Assembly (NCBI GenBank): GCA_965112155.1
Contig: OZ218112.1
From: Podarcis liolepis
Taxonomy: Eukaryota
DNA length: 64,000 nucleotides
Strand: one strand, 5' to 3'
Made by a program: the position numbers and the translations under genes. The notes beneath the pieces were generated by a model. It had not been told where the DNA came from. It worked only from the letters and a program-made list of their open reading frames with translations, and ran no database searches. Shown in pieces: positions 1 to 10,966 of this stretch (within the stretch, counting starts at the first letter, position 1; the number at the start of each line of letters is the position of its first letter).

Positions 1-469
1 CCTTAGTACCTCGTATGGGTCAGAGAGATGTTATTCTCAGCCATCTTCCAACGTGCCACCTGGTGGCCCCCCTTCTCAGGCATTTGTTGATGATTTAAAG
101 CAGAGGTGAGGAACCTCAACCCTTTGCCAGCCCTGCTCCGTGCTCCCCTCAAGTGCTTTTGCCTGCCTGGAATATATGTCTCCTTGAACTGTGATAATGC
201 TTGTTGATTGCCAGGATTGAGAGATGTTTGTGCATGTTGGTGGGTGCTGCATGAACGGCTTTTTTTTGGCTTTTGCATGAACACATTCTGGAATGCAGCC
301 CACTGTACAAAAGATGAGAGTCTCATCCAGTTCCCCAATTTTTACCTCTGGCACCACCCACCACCAGAATGCATCTCTTGGAAGGTTGCCCAGCGCCAAG
401 GGCTACCTAAAAATATCCCAGGATTCTCTTTTGGTCCACAGAACAACAGTTTCTCCAAAAAAATAATAA

Positions 470-860
470 TGCAAAATCCAACCAGCTCAAGCCATGTGGG
501 TTTATTAACGAGTGACAGAGTTAGTGAAGGCTACAGCAAACCACATGTTTAAACTACTCAAAAAGCCACATAATAGAGACAAACATAAACAAACCTATAT
601 GCTAACTCTCTTCCTACATTTACTAGGGCACTGCTATTGCAACATCTAATAATGTAGACCGCAACACCAAAGATCAATCCACCTGCTTATCTTCCAGTGT
701 GATGTATTCTGTCACCTGCCAGCAAATCCCTTTGCCATTCTGCATAGGACTAGAAGATCAGTTCCTATACAAAGGAAGAAATGGGCACAGAATTGGCATC
801 AGAAACAAGCCAGCAGGAAAACATTTCATTCCCTCAGAATGCTCTATGGTGGACATCTTT
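470..860 (+). mobile_element. Decayed Penelope-like element (Neptune-type), GIY-YIG endonuclease remnant
   Basis: Frame from 591 reads KPIC*LSSYIY*G...STCLSSSVMYSVTCQQ...FCIG...RNGHRIGIRNKPAGKHF, matching the reptile PLE pattern KPRCxLCPYIY...FTCxSSNVIYAIxCQQC...YIG...RINGH...KPVxEHF; contains stops. Confidence 0.8.
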
Positions 861-1176
861 GGTGGCACTTGAAGCATCTGAGAACTGGGAGGGAGGCATG
901 GACTATCTTCATTTCCCCCAGCACTTCCTGCATCTGCCACCAGGGCTGGGGCTATGAGAGACAGGAGCAATGGCCACCACCCAGGGAGGAACTCCTGGCT
1001 GGTCTAGCTTCTTCGTCACTCAATGGACTCATGTCCCAGTAGACTCAGTAGCAGAATGGCATTTGCTGGAACATCAGAGAACAAACGGTGGGAGCCTCAC
1101 ATATATATTTGCCCTGGTGCAGTGGCTATTTGCATCACTGTCTGTTTTATTGTGTTTCAAATATATTATAAAGGTA

Positions 1177-1349
1177 AATAGTACCTCGGGTTAAGAACTT
1201 TGCTTCAGGATGAGAGCAGAAATCGGGCGGCGGCGGCACGGCAGCAGTGGGAGGCCCCATTAGCTAAAGTGGTGTCTCAGGTTAAGAACAGTTTCAGGTT
1301 AAGAACAGACCTCCGGAACGAATTAAGTATGTAACCAGAGGTACCACTG
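1177..1349. mobile_element. Tc1/mariner (Tigger-like) MITE
   Basis: gtacctcgggttaag ... taaccagaggtaccactg followed by TA; inverted termini. Confidence 0.8.
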
Positions 1350-1384
1350 TATATACTTGCCAATGAGAATTATACCGTATGCAT

Positions 1385-1460
1385 CTAATTCTAGTCCATG
1401 GAGGCATATGCCATGATAAATGTGTTAGTCTTTAAGGTTCCACAGGACATTTTGTTGCTT
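1385..1460 (+). mobile_element. Penelope-like 3' terminal (pLTR) remnant
   Basis: gtccatggaggcatatgccatgataaatgtgttagtctttaaggttccacagg resembles the reptile PLE terminus ccacgaaagcttatgcc..aataaatttgttagtctttaaggtgccacaag; downstream of the GIY-YIG remnant on the same strand. Confidence 0.65.
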
Positions 1461-2917
1461 AACCTCAAATAGTGTTTTGAGTCAGTGGCGGGGGGGGGGA
1501 GAGTAGGAAATGAATTGCTTATTGTTCTTTCCATACCTTCATACCAGCTTTCCCCCATCAATTCACAGCTGGGAAAAGACACAGTGCAGAACCTCTGATA
1601 AAAGCCAAACCATCTTTTAGTTGGCTTGTTCTTTTACTCATGTAAACCTTATAGGGCTGTTGCTACTCTGTGTGTGTGTTTTGCACAATTTAAACAATAT
1701 TAATATGTATTGGCTCATATATCAGCTTTTCTGTTTTACTGAAGAAACTGTTGCCAACATGTGGTAAAATCTTCTATTGACTATATCACCCTAAACTTGG
1801 ACCTCTCCCTTGGTAGGTCTCCTTTCCCACTTGGACACATGAAATCCTTCTTGTTTGGTTTTGCAAATACTGCAAAGGCATTAATGCCTATGGGGAACAT
1901 GCAGGTTTCATTAGAAGAACAAATGAGGAAGCTTCTTCCCCAAATACATGCCACCCAAAATGTAACAGACTTCACAAAAGCAGCTGGTTTCCAAATAGGA
2001 GATGCACTAGAGTTTAAATCTAAGTCAAAGTGGCACCAGGTAATCTAGATGCCCTGCTTAACCCCACATGTGTGACAAAACCCAAATATAAGAAAAGACT
2101 CACATCTACTCCTCCAGACTTCAGCCTTATCCCTTCAGGAAGAGGAATCTGATCTCAAGGTTATGGGACTTCAGGAAATGAAGCACGGACAGAAGTGGTA
2201 GTGAAGGGTAACAGCATCAGAATCAGCAGCCACAAAATGCATCATCCAACCTCTTCTTTAGTTTCATTCCCTATGTCAGTAGTCAATTCAATTTGGGACC
2301 TCCTAAACAGTGGTGCCCTCCCCTGCTGCTACCTGGACCTTCATGATCTGAGGCTCTAAGCTAGGATTGCCTGATCAGGAGCATCCCAGACTCTGAGATT
2401 TCAGGATCCAAACCAGAATCAAGAATGTCATGGGAGACGGTCTTGGTGATGTCCCACTACTGAGCCATGGAGATGGAGGTTAATTGGGGGAGGGGATGAG
2501 GATCAGAGGAAGGCAGATCCCCAGAGAGCCATAATTTGCAGCTGGCTCCTATTAGGCTAAAGCTTGCATGCTGCACACATAAGTCTTCTTAAAAATAAAA
2601 AATAAAAAAATTAAGCCACTCTCACCCACCTGCAGATTCAGGCAAACCTGGAGGGGGCCAGGTAAACCTGGATACTTCAGGTCAGCTATGGAGAGCTCCA
2701 GACCTCCAGAGCTAACCCTGCTCTAAGCCATAGCTTACTTAGCTTGCTTGTCTGGCTGTCAGCAGCTGGAAGGCTGCCGGCCTAGATAAACAGCACACAG
2801 TGGTGGTAATTACAAGAATGGAACAAAGTTCAAACTAAAGAATGCAATATTAAGATATAATAAAACAGGCAGGAGAAGTTATTATGTAAAGAACCAGAAG
2901 AGGAAGTTGAGGGAAAT

Positions 2918-3031
2918 CGATGGTATATCATGCCCATAAAAATGGCAAAAATGTATAGAACAGGCTCCAATAAATGTTGGAAGTGTAAAGAGAAGGAAGG
3001 CATGTTTTATCACATGTGGTGGAATTGCAAC
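2918..3031 (+). mobile_element. L1 ORF2 C-terminal zinc-knuckle fragment
   Basis: Translates RWYIMPIKMAKMYRTGSNKCWKCKEKEGMFYHMWWNC; homologous to ORF 9526-9963. Confidence 0.85.
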
Positions 3032-3050
3032 ATAATCTTTTTAAAAAATT

Positions 3051-3490
3051 GGGGGACTTCCGGTCTGCTGTGGATCGGAAATGGTGGAGCAGCTCATGTC
3101 GTCTGATTAAAGGGAGACCGTTCTGAGGCTGTTTGGGCATTAGGGGAGAGTGCCAGGGCTAGGCACCCCCCTAGAGAACCCCATGGATGAAGTGGAGCAT
3201 TGAGAGGACCAGTGGAGCGATTATACTCCCGCAACCTCCTGTGAACCCGCTGCTGCCACGAGGTGAGTGGAGCGGGGGAGGAAAAGCAGTTGAGATTGCT
3301 CACGGCTTCACCACAACCCTACAGTCAAAGCCACAAGTTGTCACCGAAAGCAGTAGATTTTCCAGCAAGGTCTTTGGATCTAAATCTTATTTAAGGAGAA
3401 AATTGGAAGCTTTTAAAATAAAAAGTTGATTTGGCGAAAACGGAAACAAAACAGGAAGTCAACTTCCGTTTTCTGGCTCACAGGCAATTG
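3051..3490 (+). mobile_element. Probable L1 5' UTR fragment
   Basis: Starts gggggacttccgg...aaatggtgg, typical of non-mammalian L1 5' ends; CpG-richer than flanks. Confidence 0.5.
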
Positions 3491-3493
3491 CAA

Positions 3494-3663
3494 CGGCGGG
3501 AAGGTAAACAGTGTTTCCATGCACTGCTCTGGTTTGCCAGAAGCAGCTTAGTCATGCTGGCCACATGACCCGGAAGCTGTCCCTTGGCCTATAGAGCAAG
3601 ATGAGAGTGCAACCCCAGAGTTGTCTGTGACTGGACCTAACGGTCAGGGGTACCTTTACCTTT
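3494..3663 (+). mobile_element. Sauria SINE, 5'-truncated
   Basis: Matches the 3' half of 6732-7060; ends in ACCTTT repeats. Confidence 0.9.
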
Positions 3664-3931
3664 AATCTTCATGAACCAAAGAAATCCCACCCTGAACGAT
3701 AAATAGTCCAAATTTTCCCCAGGAAACTTGGGGGGAGGGCCAACTAGAGACTTAGACATTTGCAAGTCCTGTTCTTGAGCTAACTGCTTGTTCTGCTCCC
3801 CAAAAGCTCCTGCTAGATGATCGAGCTGTGATTTAAGTTTCAAATATTGTTACCATATAGGGGTCAGCTTCAGTGCCCGTCACCCCTGCCCCCCTCAGCG
3901 CGCCTCCAGCTGCTCCTTGCTCTTCGGACAT
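3664..3931 (-). pseudogene. Gypsy (sushi/PEG10-like) gag N-terminal fragment
   Basis: MSEEQGAAGGA..., coiled-coil-like LKSQLDHLAGAFGEQNKQLAQ, then PPPKFPGENLDYLSFRVGFLWFM, resembling the PxKFxG...Y/FxxF Gag capsid motif. Confidence 0.65.
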
Positions 3932-6039
3932 CCCGACTCTTTCCTGGCCATCTGATGTGGAGAGTGGAGATGCTTCAAGCTGGCAGGAGCTGGCAGGCTA
4001 TTGGCATAGATAAACAGCACACAGTGGTGGTAATTACAATAAGATTTATTGTATATAGTCATTAGCCTCAGAGCCACACACACTAGCAACTATCCATCGC
4101 AATTCAATTGAAGCATCTGAGCCATCATCGCATCTCCGAGAGGAAACAGGAAAGTGTCCACCCCTCCTCCTTTTTGATTGATGCCTCTCTTTGACCTTTG
4201 TTCTTCTGCAAACTCTTAGACTTTCAGGGTCAGCTCCCACCCCTTCTTCTGCTGAAGATTCTCCCCTCCCCTGAGAGGTGACTAATGGCCGCTCGCCAGA
4301 GGGTTGGCCTGCATCCAGCCCAATCTCACTGTATTCATAAGGTACATTCCCGCCTCCTTCTGGAAAGGGGGACTCTAACCCACTGCTTTTGGCTGGCTGA
4401 GAGAAAGGCACGTCTCTATCTCCCCCTTCTGACTGCCTGCCTTCCCCCCTGCTTGGACTGTTCCTCTGGACTGTGGGAAGCTATGTCCATGACACTGGCC
4501 CTGAGTAAGTCCCCTAATTATGTTGACCACCAGCACTGGGCCTGCTATGAAAACAGGCCTTGCTCAGTTGTCCTTTTGCAAATGCCAGTGTCATCTTGAA
4601 ATAATGTCTCATTGGAGCAGTTATGGTTCTTTCCAGAAAGAAGAGAGGAGAAAGAATATAATTAGGCTTGGTTGGCAGCACAAAAATGCACAAATAAATA
4701 TGTATCATGCGACCAAGTCACCAGGAGGGGCACATTCTGCTGTAATTATGCAAATAAATCCACAGGGTACTCTCTGGGATCAACCGCCTTGTACATTTGT
4801 ATTAATCAGAGGCAATGTAACTGACAAGGGAATCTATTGCACTGCTTTCCTGGCAAGAGGCACATCTAATGGCAGAGGAGTCTGCACCACAGTCTGCTAC
4901 AGAAGGCAGAGGGCTGCCTGCCTTATCTCAACAAGTCCTTTAGGTATCTGGGGGAGGCCACCAAACCCGCTACAGCTCTGAATAAATAACACTTTCTCCA
5001 CTTCAAAGTTCACCAGTTCAACCCTCCACAATGCACACATACAAATGTTGATTGTCCCCTGGAATTTGCACTGTTTTTCATATCCTCCTTCTCTGTATAG
5101 GATGCTGAGGCATCTGTTTAATGTAAAGATGTTTGCATATCCTCAGATGAACTTTTCTGACACTTCAGCAAGAACAGCTGGATTTGGGGGCAAATAACAC
5201 AGCCCTGGATTTTGTATTCAAGGCCCCGAGCTGCCTGATTTGTCCCCAGGTTGAAGCCTCTACTTTATCAAGCAGCAGATGAAAAAAGGCAGTTGGTTTC
5301 TGGTGTTTCTCTGATATATTTCCCCTTCTTTCTCTCTCTCTTTTTTTTTTAAAGAACAAAACAAAATAGATTTTCTAACAATTTAAGAAAGATGAGAAAT
5401 GTTTTGTTTGGAATGGGGCAAGATCTGTTTTTACCATAAGAACAGTGGTATTCAATCTGACCCATAATCTGTCTTGCCCAGTGAACAACGGATTGGGTGC
5501 CAGGATCATATCAGTGACTATAACAGTCAGTTCTGATAATTTCACGTCACACTGGAGTGTGACCAAGACACATTGATTGAGGAACCAGCTTGTGGGGGAA
5601 AGAAGGCAATCCTCCAGGGTGCTAATGCCTCCCCTAAGCCCTCTACCCCCCACCCATCTCCTGCCCAATGAGGCCCTAGTTGCCATAGTGGGTGAATAAG
5701 ACTAACTTCACATCAGGTCTTTCTATTTCTTTGCCAGAAAAAGCAGCTTGTGAGGGCTTGTGGGGGGCAGGGAGCAGCTCTGATGGTGAGTAGGCTGCAG
5801 GCAGAATTTGAAACTTAATAGTTGAGAATGGGGTTTGGGAAGAGTATGAGAGCTCTCCAAACCTTCTCTTTACTGAATCTGGTAACTCAGACATCTACAT
5901 CATAGGTGCCCTTGATGTGTTATTGGACTCCAACTCCTATCAGTCTCAGCCAGCATAACAAATAGTAATGATGGGAGCTGCAGCCCACCAAGAACACAGG
6001 TTTGGGGAATACGGTGATTAGCTTTTGGCTGTGTTGGAG

Positions 6040-6362
6040 GATTCAGGACAAACGAAAGGAAGTGCTTCTTAATACCATGCATAGTATGAGGCAATGATGG
6101 CCACCAACCTGGGTAGCTTTAAAAAAGGATTAGACAAATTCATGGAGGTAAAGGCTATCAGTGGTTGCCAGTCCATTTGCTTTGCCTCCACAGTTGGAGG
6201 TAATAATGTTTCTGATTACCAGTTGCTGGAAACCACAGTAGGGGAATGTTGTTGCACTTGGGTCCTGCTTCCAGGTTCCTCAAAGGCATCTGGTTTGCCA
6301 CTGTGATAAAAGGATGCTGCCACTGGCTTGATCCAGCAAGACTTCTCTTTGGTTCATATGTT
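6040..6362 (+). mobile_element. CR1 LINE 3' fragment
   Basis: Encodes MATNLGSFKKGLDKFME (CR1 ORF2 end) plus 3' UTR; related pieces near 9300-9410, 41150-41870, 46590-47770, 58540-58732. Confidence 0.8.
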
Positions 6363-6731
6363 GTAATATACTAGGGAGTTTAAGTTGATTATCACACAGC
6401 GTGCCATTCACCCAGCCCTCAAGGTTTTCCAGGTACTAGGGACATCTTAACGTTCCTGTCTTCTCATTTCATGTGAAGCAGAGGCATAGGAAGGTGCCTT
6501 AACACTATGTCATGCTATCTGTCCAATCACCACAGATTCTCTACTCCAATTGTCAGCAGCTCTTCAATGGTTTCAGAGAGCTTTCCCCATCACCCTGCTA
6601 CCTGTTCTTTTTTAAAAACAAAAAACCCTGGAAATGCCATGGATTCAATCTGGGTCTTCTTCACTGACACTGGCGGACCCCCCAGCCCCTGCACACACAT
6701 TTAACCATATGAAAGCCCATAATAAAAAAGT

Positions 6732-7060
6732 GGGATGCGGGTGGTGCTGTGGGTTATACCACAGAGCCTAGGACTTGCCAATCAGAAGGTCGGCAGTTCG
6801 AATCCCCGTGATGGGGTGAGCTCCCGTCGCTTGGTCCCTGCTCCTGCCAACCTAGCAGTCTGAAAGCACGAAGTGCAAGTAAATAAATAGGTACCGCTCC
6901 AGCGGGAAGGTAAACGGCATTTCCGTGTGCTGCCCTTGTTTGCCACATGACTTGGAAGCTGTACGCTGGCTCCCTCGGCCAATAAAGCAAGATGAGCGTG
7001 CAACCCCAGAGTCGTCCGCGACTGGACCTAATGGTCAGGGGTCCCTTTACCTTTACCTTT
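6732..7060 (+). mobile_element. Sauria SINE, full length
   Basis: tRNA-like head with gttcgaatcc B box, (ACCTTT)n tail, TSD aagcccataat at 6713-6723 and 7061-7071. Confidence 0.95.
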
Positions 7061-7373
7061 AAGCCCATAATGTGGAGCCTCATTCCCACTTGCCTGCTCA
7101 GCACCCTTGTCAAAATCTATGTTTTCTCATGCCATGCATCCCTCCAGATGTTTGTGACAAGGGTACCATAGGCATCCTGTGCCAGACATGGGGAACCATT
7201 AGCAGTGGGGAGAAAATGGGAAGATGGGAGTGTGGATTTAAAAAGACTCATTTATCAGCTGACTGATAAATATGTGCGTACATTAGAATCACAGAACTGT
7301 AGAGTCAGAGTGAGCACCAATGGTCATCTAGTCTAGGCCCCAGCAAATGCAGGAAATCCACTGCTACAGCATC

Positions 7374-7506
7374 GGGGAAGGGCTATAGCTCAGTGGTAAA
7401 ACACCTGCTTTGCATGCAGAAGGCCACAGGTTTAATCCCCAACACCTCCAGGCAGAGTTGGGAGAGACTCCCTGTCTGAACACCTAGAGAACTACTGCCA
7501 GTCACT
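7374..7506 (+). mobile_element. tRNA-derived SINE (tRNA-Ala/Cys-like head; family name uncertain)
   Basis: tagctcagtggta...ctgctttgcatgcagaagg...ggtttaatccc head plus a shared body; other copies near 24050-24222(-), 50990-51170, 62750-62880. Confidence 0.75.
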
Positions 7507-7544
7507 ATCCTGAATGTGTACTCTTACTGGCAGACAATGAAGAA

Positions 7545-7920
7545 CAGGGGTGGGGAACCTCAACCCCAGGGGGCAAATGTGGTTCTTGTAGCCTCTCTGT
7601 CTGTCCTTTGAGGCTCTTCACATGCTACAGGTCCTCGCTAGCCACTCTTCTACCCAGCCCATGGCCCTTGGTGCTTCTGCTTTGCATCCACCTTGAGTGC
7701 TTTCTCCTGGCTGAAATGAGTCATTTAACTCTGATAATGCCTCTATTTCACCTGGGTTGAGGATGGAAAGGGGTGGGAGAATGTGTGTAGAAACTAATGC
7801 AAAGGTAACACTGACATTTGTTGCCCCCCCCACTTTCATCTCTGGCCCCACTGGTATGTGGCCTCGCAAAAGTTGCCCCAAAGGAAATGCGGCCCTTGGG
7901 ATGAAAAATGTCCCATCCTC
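7545..7920. mobile_element. Non-autonomous hAT-like element (about 380-bp family)
   Basis: caggggtggggaacct terminus; similar body near 100-395, 45335-45700 (opposite orientation), 50550-50885, 60040-60210. Confidence 0.65.
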
Positions 7921-8514
7921 ATCTACTCTAGAGGGAAATAGGGAAGACAGGGTATTGATCAGAGCTTCACTTTTACTGAAGTATCAGCAAATGCTTATCC
8001 AAATTCCATTCCAGCCAAAAAGGACCTTAACTGACTGCCAATGCAATTAAACAGAGAAGGGGGGAATAAAAGAATCAAAACTGCCTGTGGTCAGATTTCA
8101 AAATGGCTATGGTGTCCTGGATCCCACAACAGTGACTCTTACTTGAGATTAAGGCATATATCTTTATTGAGATAGAGTAGAATTACAAGCTCAGCAACAG
8201 TTAGCAAGTCTCAGCAGCCATTATGCTCAGGTTAGTGACTAGAAAGGCAAGACTAGGCAGGCCAGAAGTAGCACTTCCAGCTGATGGAATGCAAGATCAG
8301 GGCGAAGAATTCAGAGGTGTATGGAAGCAGTGGCATCCCAATGAGTTAACATGCCCACCTGCCAAGCATTTTGAGACTGTTAAGCATGCAAGTGCTCACT
8401 ACATCACAGGGGAATGTGACAATTCACTGAGTCCTAGACAACCAGTCTGTGACCCACCCCCTTCTGACTCTCATTCACCCACTACTAGCAATTGGTTTAA
8501 TTTTGTTTGATTGT

Positions 8515-8700
8515 TTGTTTGTTATATTTGTGTCCCACCTTTCCTCCAAGGAGTTCAAGGTGGCACACATAGTTCTCCTCTTCATTTTATCCTTACAACA
8601 AACCTGTGAGGTCACCCAGTCAGCTCCATGGTCAACTAAGGATTTGAACCCTGGTCTCCCAGGTCCTAGTCTACCACTCTAACCACTACAGCATACTGGT
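8515..8700 (-). mobile_element. MIR-like/Squam3-type SINE
   Basis: ggatttgaaccctggtctcc B-box complement and cacaacaaccctgtgagg-like core; copies near 22560-22935, 35054-35215, 53095-53200, 63460-63672. Confidence 0.75.
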
Positions 8701-10180
8701 TGATTCCCTCCCCAGATTGTATTCCCATTAATCTCTAGCTGGGGTGGATTCTCCAACCAGAGTAGGCACATCCTGGGAGAGGGAAGTAACTGCCTCCTCC
8801 AGCCTCTGTTCCCTAGTCTCAACCCCCTCCAACACATGTCAGCCTTCTGTTCTCCATCCTTGTCCATCTCACCTTGCCAACGCTTGAGCCTGGCAATACC
8901 TCAGGGCTCTTGAAACTGGGCACAAAAATTCACCGAGAGACAAAAGAACGTAGGGTGGGTCTTTAAAAACAAAACAAAACCTCAGCCTTTAGGTGATGTG
9001 GGTTGATGGCTTGGATTTCCCATGCTTTTTGTTTGGCTGATTAATAGCCCCAGAAAGTGGCTTTCAAGGTCAGGTAAAGCAGGGAGGGAGGACATCAAAA
9101 CCTTCTGCAAACACCTACAGTAAATGGCTGCTACAAAGAGAGAGATAGAAAACTTCCTGGTAATATAAACCTGTAGGATGGAGTCCTGCCTTCTGGAAGA
9201 GTGGTGATACCCTCCCAGGCTTCCCAGTATCCAAAACAGTTTGCCTCTGAATGCCAGCTGCTGTGAAACACAAATGAGGAAATTGCTGATGCAGCCAGGT
9301 CCTGCTTGTCAGTTTGCCATTGAGGCATCTGATTGGACACTGAGGGAACAGGATGCTGGACTAGATGGGCCTTTTGCCTGATCCATTAGAGCTCTTCTTA
9401 TGAACTTAAGGAGATGATCTGCCCGTTATCCATGCCACAATAATGCCCACACTGCATTACTGCAATGCTCAGGTCCCCAGTGAAAATGGACGTTGCAAGA
9501 ATCAGGTGGTAGCCACAGGTGATAGTTGACACCAAGCAAATTAGCCAAAATGCCTAGTTCTAAAGGTGATCTATGCTGGAAGTGCAAAGAAACAAGCAGC
9601 ACATTTTATCATTCATGGTGGTCTTGTGGAATAATAAAAGAATTTTGGGAGATGCTGTATAATGAACTTAAGAAAATGTTTAGAAGAATGTTTACCCCAA
9701 ACCCAGAAGCTTTCCTTCTGGGAATAATAACAACAGAACTCGCACGAAATCAAATTACTCTATGGATGTATGCGGCCACAGCTACCAGAATTCTGGTAGC
9801 TCAAAAGTGGAGAACAGATGAAGTACTGCCACATGAAGAACGGCACCTTAAATTATTAGAATATATAGAACTTGCCAGCATAACAAATAGATTCAGAAAC
9901 AAAGACAACAAAAAATTAAAAGAGGGTTGGACATTTTATATAGATTATATGGAAAAACATTAGAACAAAAAAATAAGCATGACAGGCTGCCAAAAAATAC
10001 TCAGCAGTAGAGGTTATATAAGGTAATGAAAAAAACTTAGTAGAGTAAGAAAATGCAGTTGAAAAGATAGCAGTTAGGAAACTAAGGAAAGAGTGGAAGG
10101 GGAGTCAAAAGTAAGGTTTATGAGAGTCAAACAAATCGGAGGAGTAAGTTATGTTACTACTAATATTCATTTATATATGT

Positions 10181-10936
10181 TGTCAGGGGTTTAGGAGCAG
10201 AGGCAAGGGCAAGGGATGAAACAGAGAGCGAAGGGGAGGAGGCAGAAGAAAAGATGAGTGATGACGACGACCCGAGATCTCCGAGTCTTTCCAGTGAATC
10301 AGAGGATTCACAGAAAGGAGCACCAGTGGCCAGGGCAAGGGGGGAGTCTAGGGGGGCACCCCAGGAAGATAGAGCCAGAGGGGACTCAGAGGAGAGCAGT
10401 TGGAAATCGGGACCAGCGTCACCGCCAGAGAGCAGGGAAGAGGAAAGGAGCCAGGGGGCAAGCGCTGGCAGCTCACCACAGGAGGGAGGGCACGAGTCAG
10501 GAGTGGCCACACCTCCATCGGGGAGCGAAGAAACGGTTAAGCGGAAAGTGGAAGGTTGGGCTCGCGCGCCAAGTTCAAATGCAGAGGAAGGTGGCGCAGT
10601 AAGCAGCCCGGAAAGGGAGCCAGGTCCTAAAGCCCGGCGCAAGGAGACAGGAGGGTCCGGGGGGTCAGCGTCAGAAGAATCCCGGAAGGAAGAGACCCCG
10701 GGGGGTAGAGGGACCCAGAGGAGGACAGTCAGGCGGAAAAGGTGGAGCCGGGCTAGGGTATTAAGTTGGTGCACACGGGGCGGAGACTCAGACGGAGCTT
10801 CGCCGATCTAGCTACTAGACGTAGAGTTGCGCGCAGCAGCGTGAGAATGGAAACTGTAACTCAATAAAGACTTTTACTTAATGATCGCTGGCTAGCGTGA
10901 TCCTCTGTGAGCTAGGATCTTCAAGCAGCTCTGACA
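10181..10936 (+). mobile_element. Young solo LTR (Gypsy-type) containing a 209-codon open frame
   Basis: TGTCAG...CTGACA termini; 5-bp TSD tatgt (10176-10180, 10937-10941); AATAAA at 10863; many CpGs retained. Confidence 0.9.
10182..10811 (+). CDS. LTR-encoded acidic/Ser-Gly-rich, basic-tailed open frame (first ATG at 10254); translation unproven
   Basis: No stop from LTR base 2 (VRGLGAEARARDETESEGEEAEEKMSDDDD...) to TAG at 10809-10811. Confidence 0.35.
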   Translation, partial: VRGLGAEARARDETESEGEEAEEKMSDDDDPRSPSLSSESEDSQKGAPVARARGESRGAPQEDRARGDSEESSWKSGPASPPESREEERSQGASAGSSPQEGGHESGVATPPSGSEETVKRKVEGWARAPSSNAEEGGAVSSPEREPGPKARRKETGGSGGSASEESRKEETPGGRGTQRRTVRRKRWSRARVLSWCTRGGDSDGASPI

Positions 10937-10966
10937 TATGTCTTATATTTATGTTATTTTTTCTTA

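Larger units (their letters stand above)
2757..4494 (-). mobile_element. Internally deleted Ty3/Gypsy provirus: 5' LTR 3981-4494, gag start 3664-3931, 3'-LTR end 2757-2814
   Basis: Termini TGTCA/TGACA; 5-bp TSD ctggc at 2752-2756 and 4495-4499; 2757-2814 repeats 3981-4039; minus-strand AATAAA near 4045; Gag-like peptide next to the LTR. Confidence 0.8.

Noticed and set aside
7374-7450. tRNA-Ala/Cys-like sequence
   Set aside because: Degenerate stems and followed by a SINE body with several copies; a SINE head, not a tRNA gene
8086-8408. Possible solo LTR (TG...CA, minus-strand AATAAA)
   Set aside because: No matching TSD and no second copy in the window; not supportable
10160-10774. 204-aa antisense ORF
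   Set aside because: Shadow of the GC/purine-rich sense frame in the LTR; runs past the LTR edge; no motif
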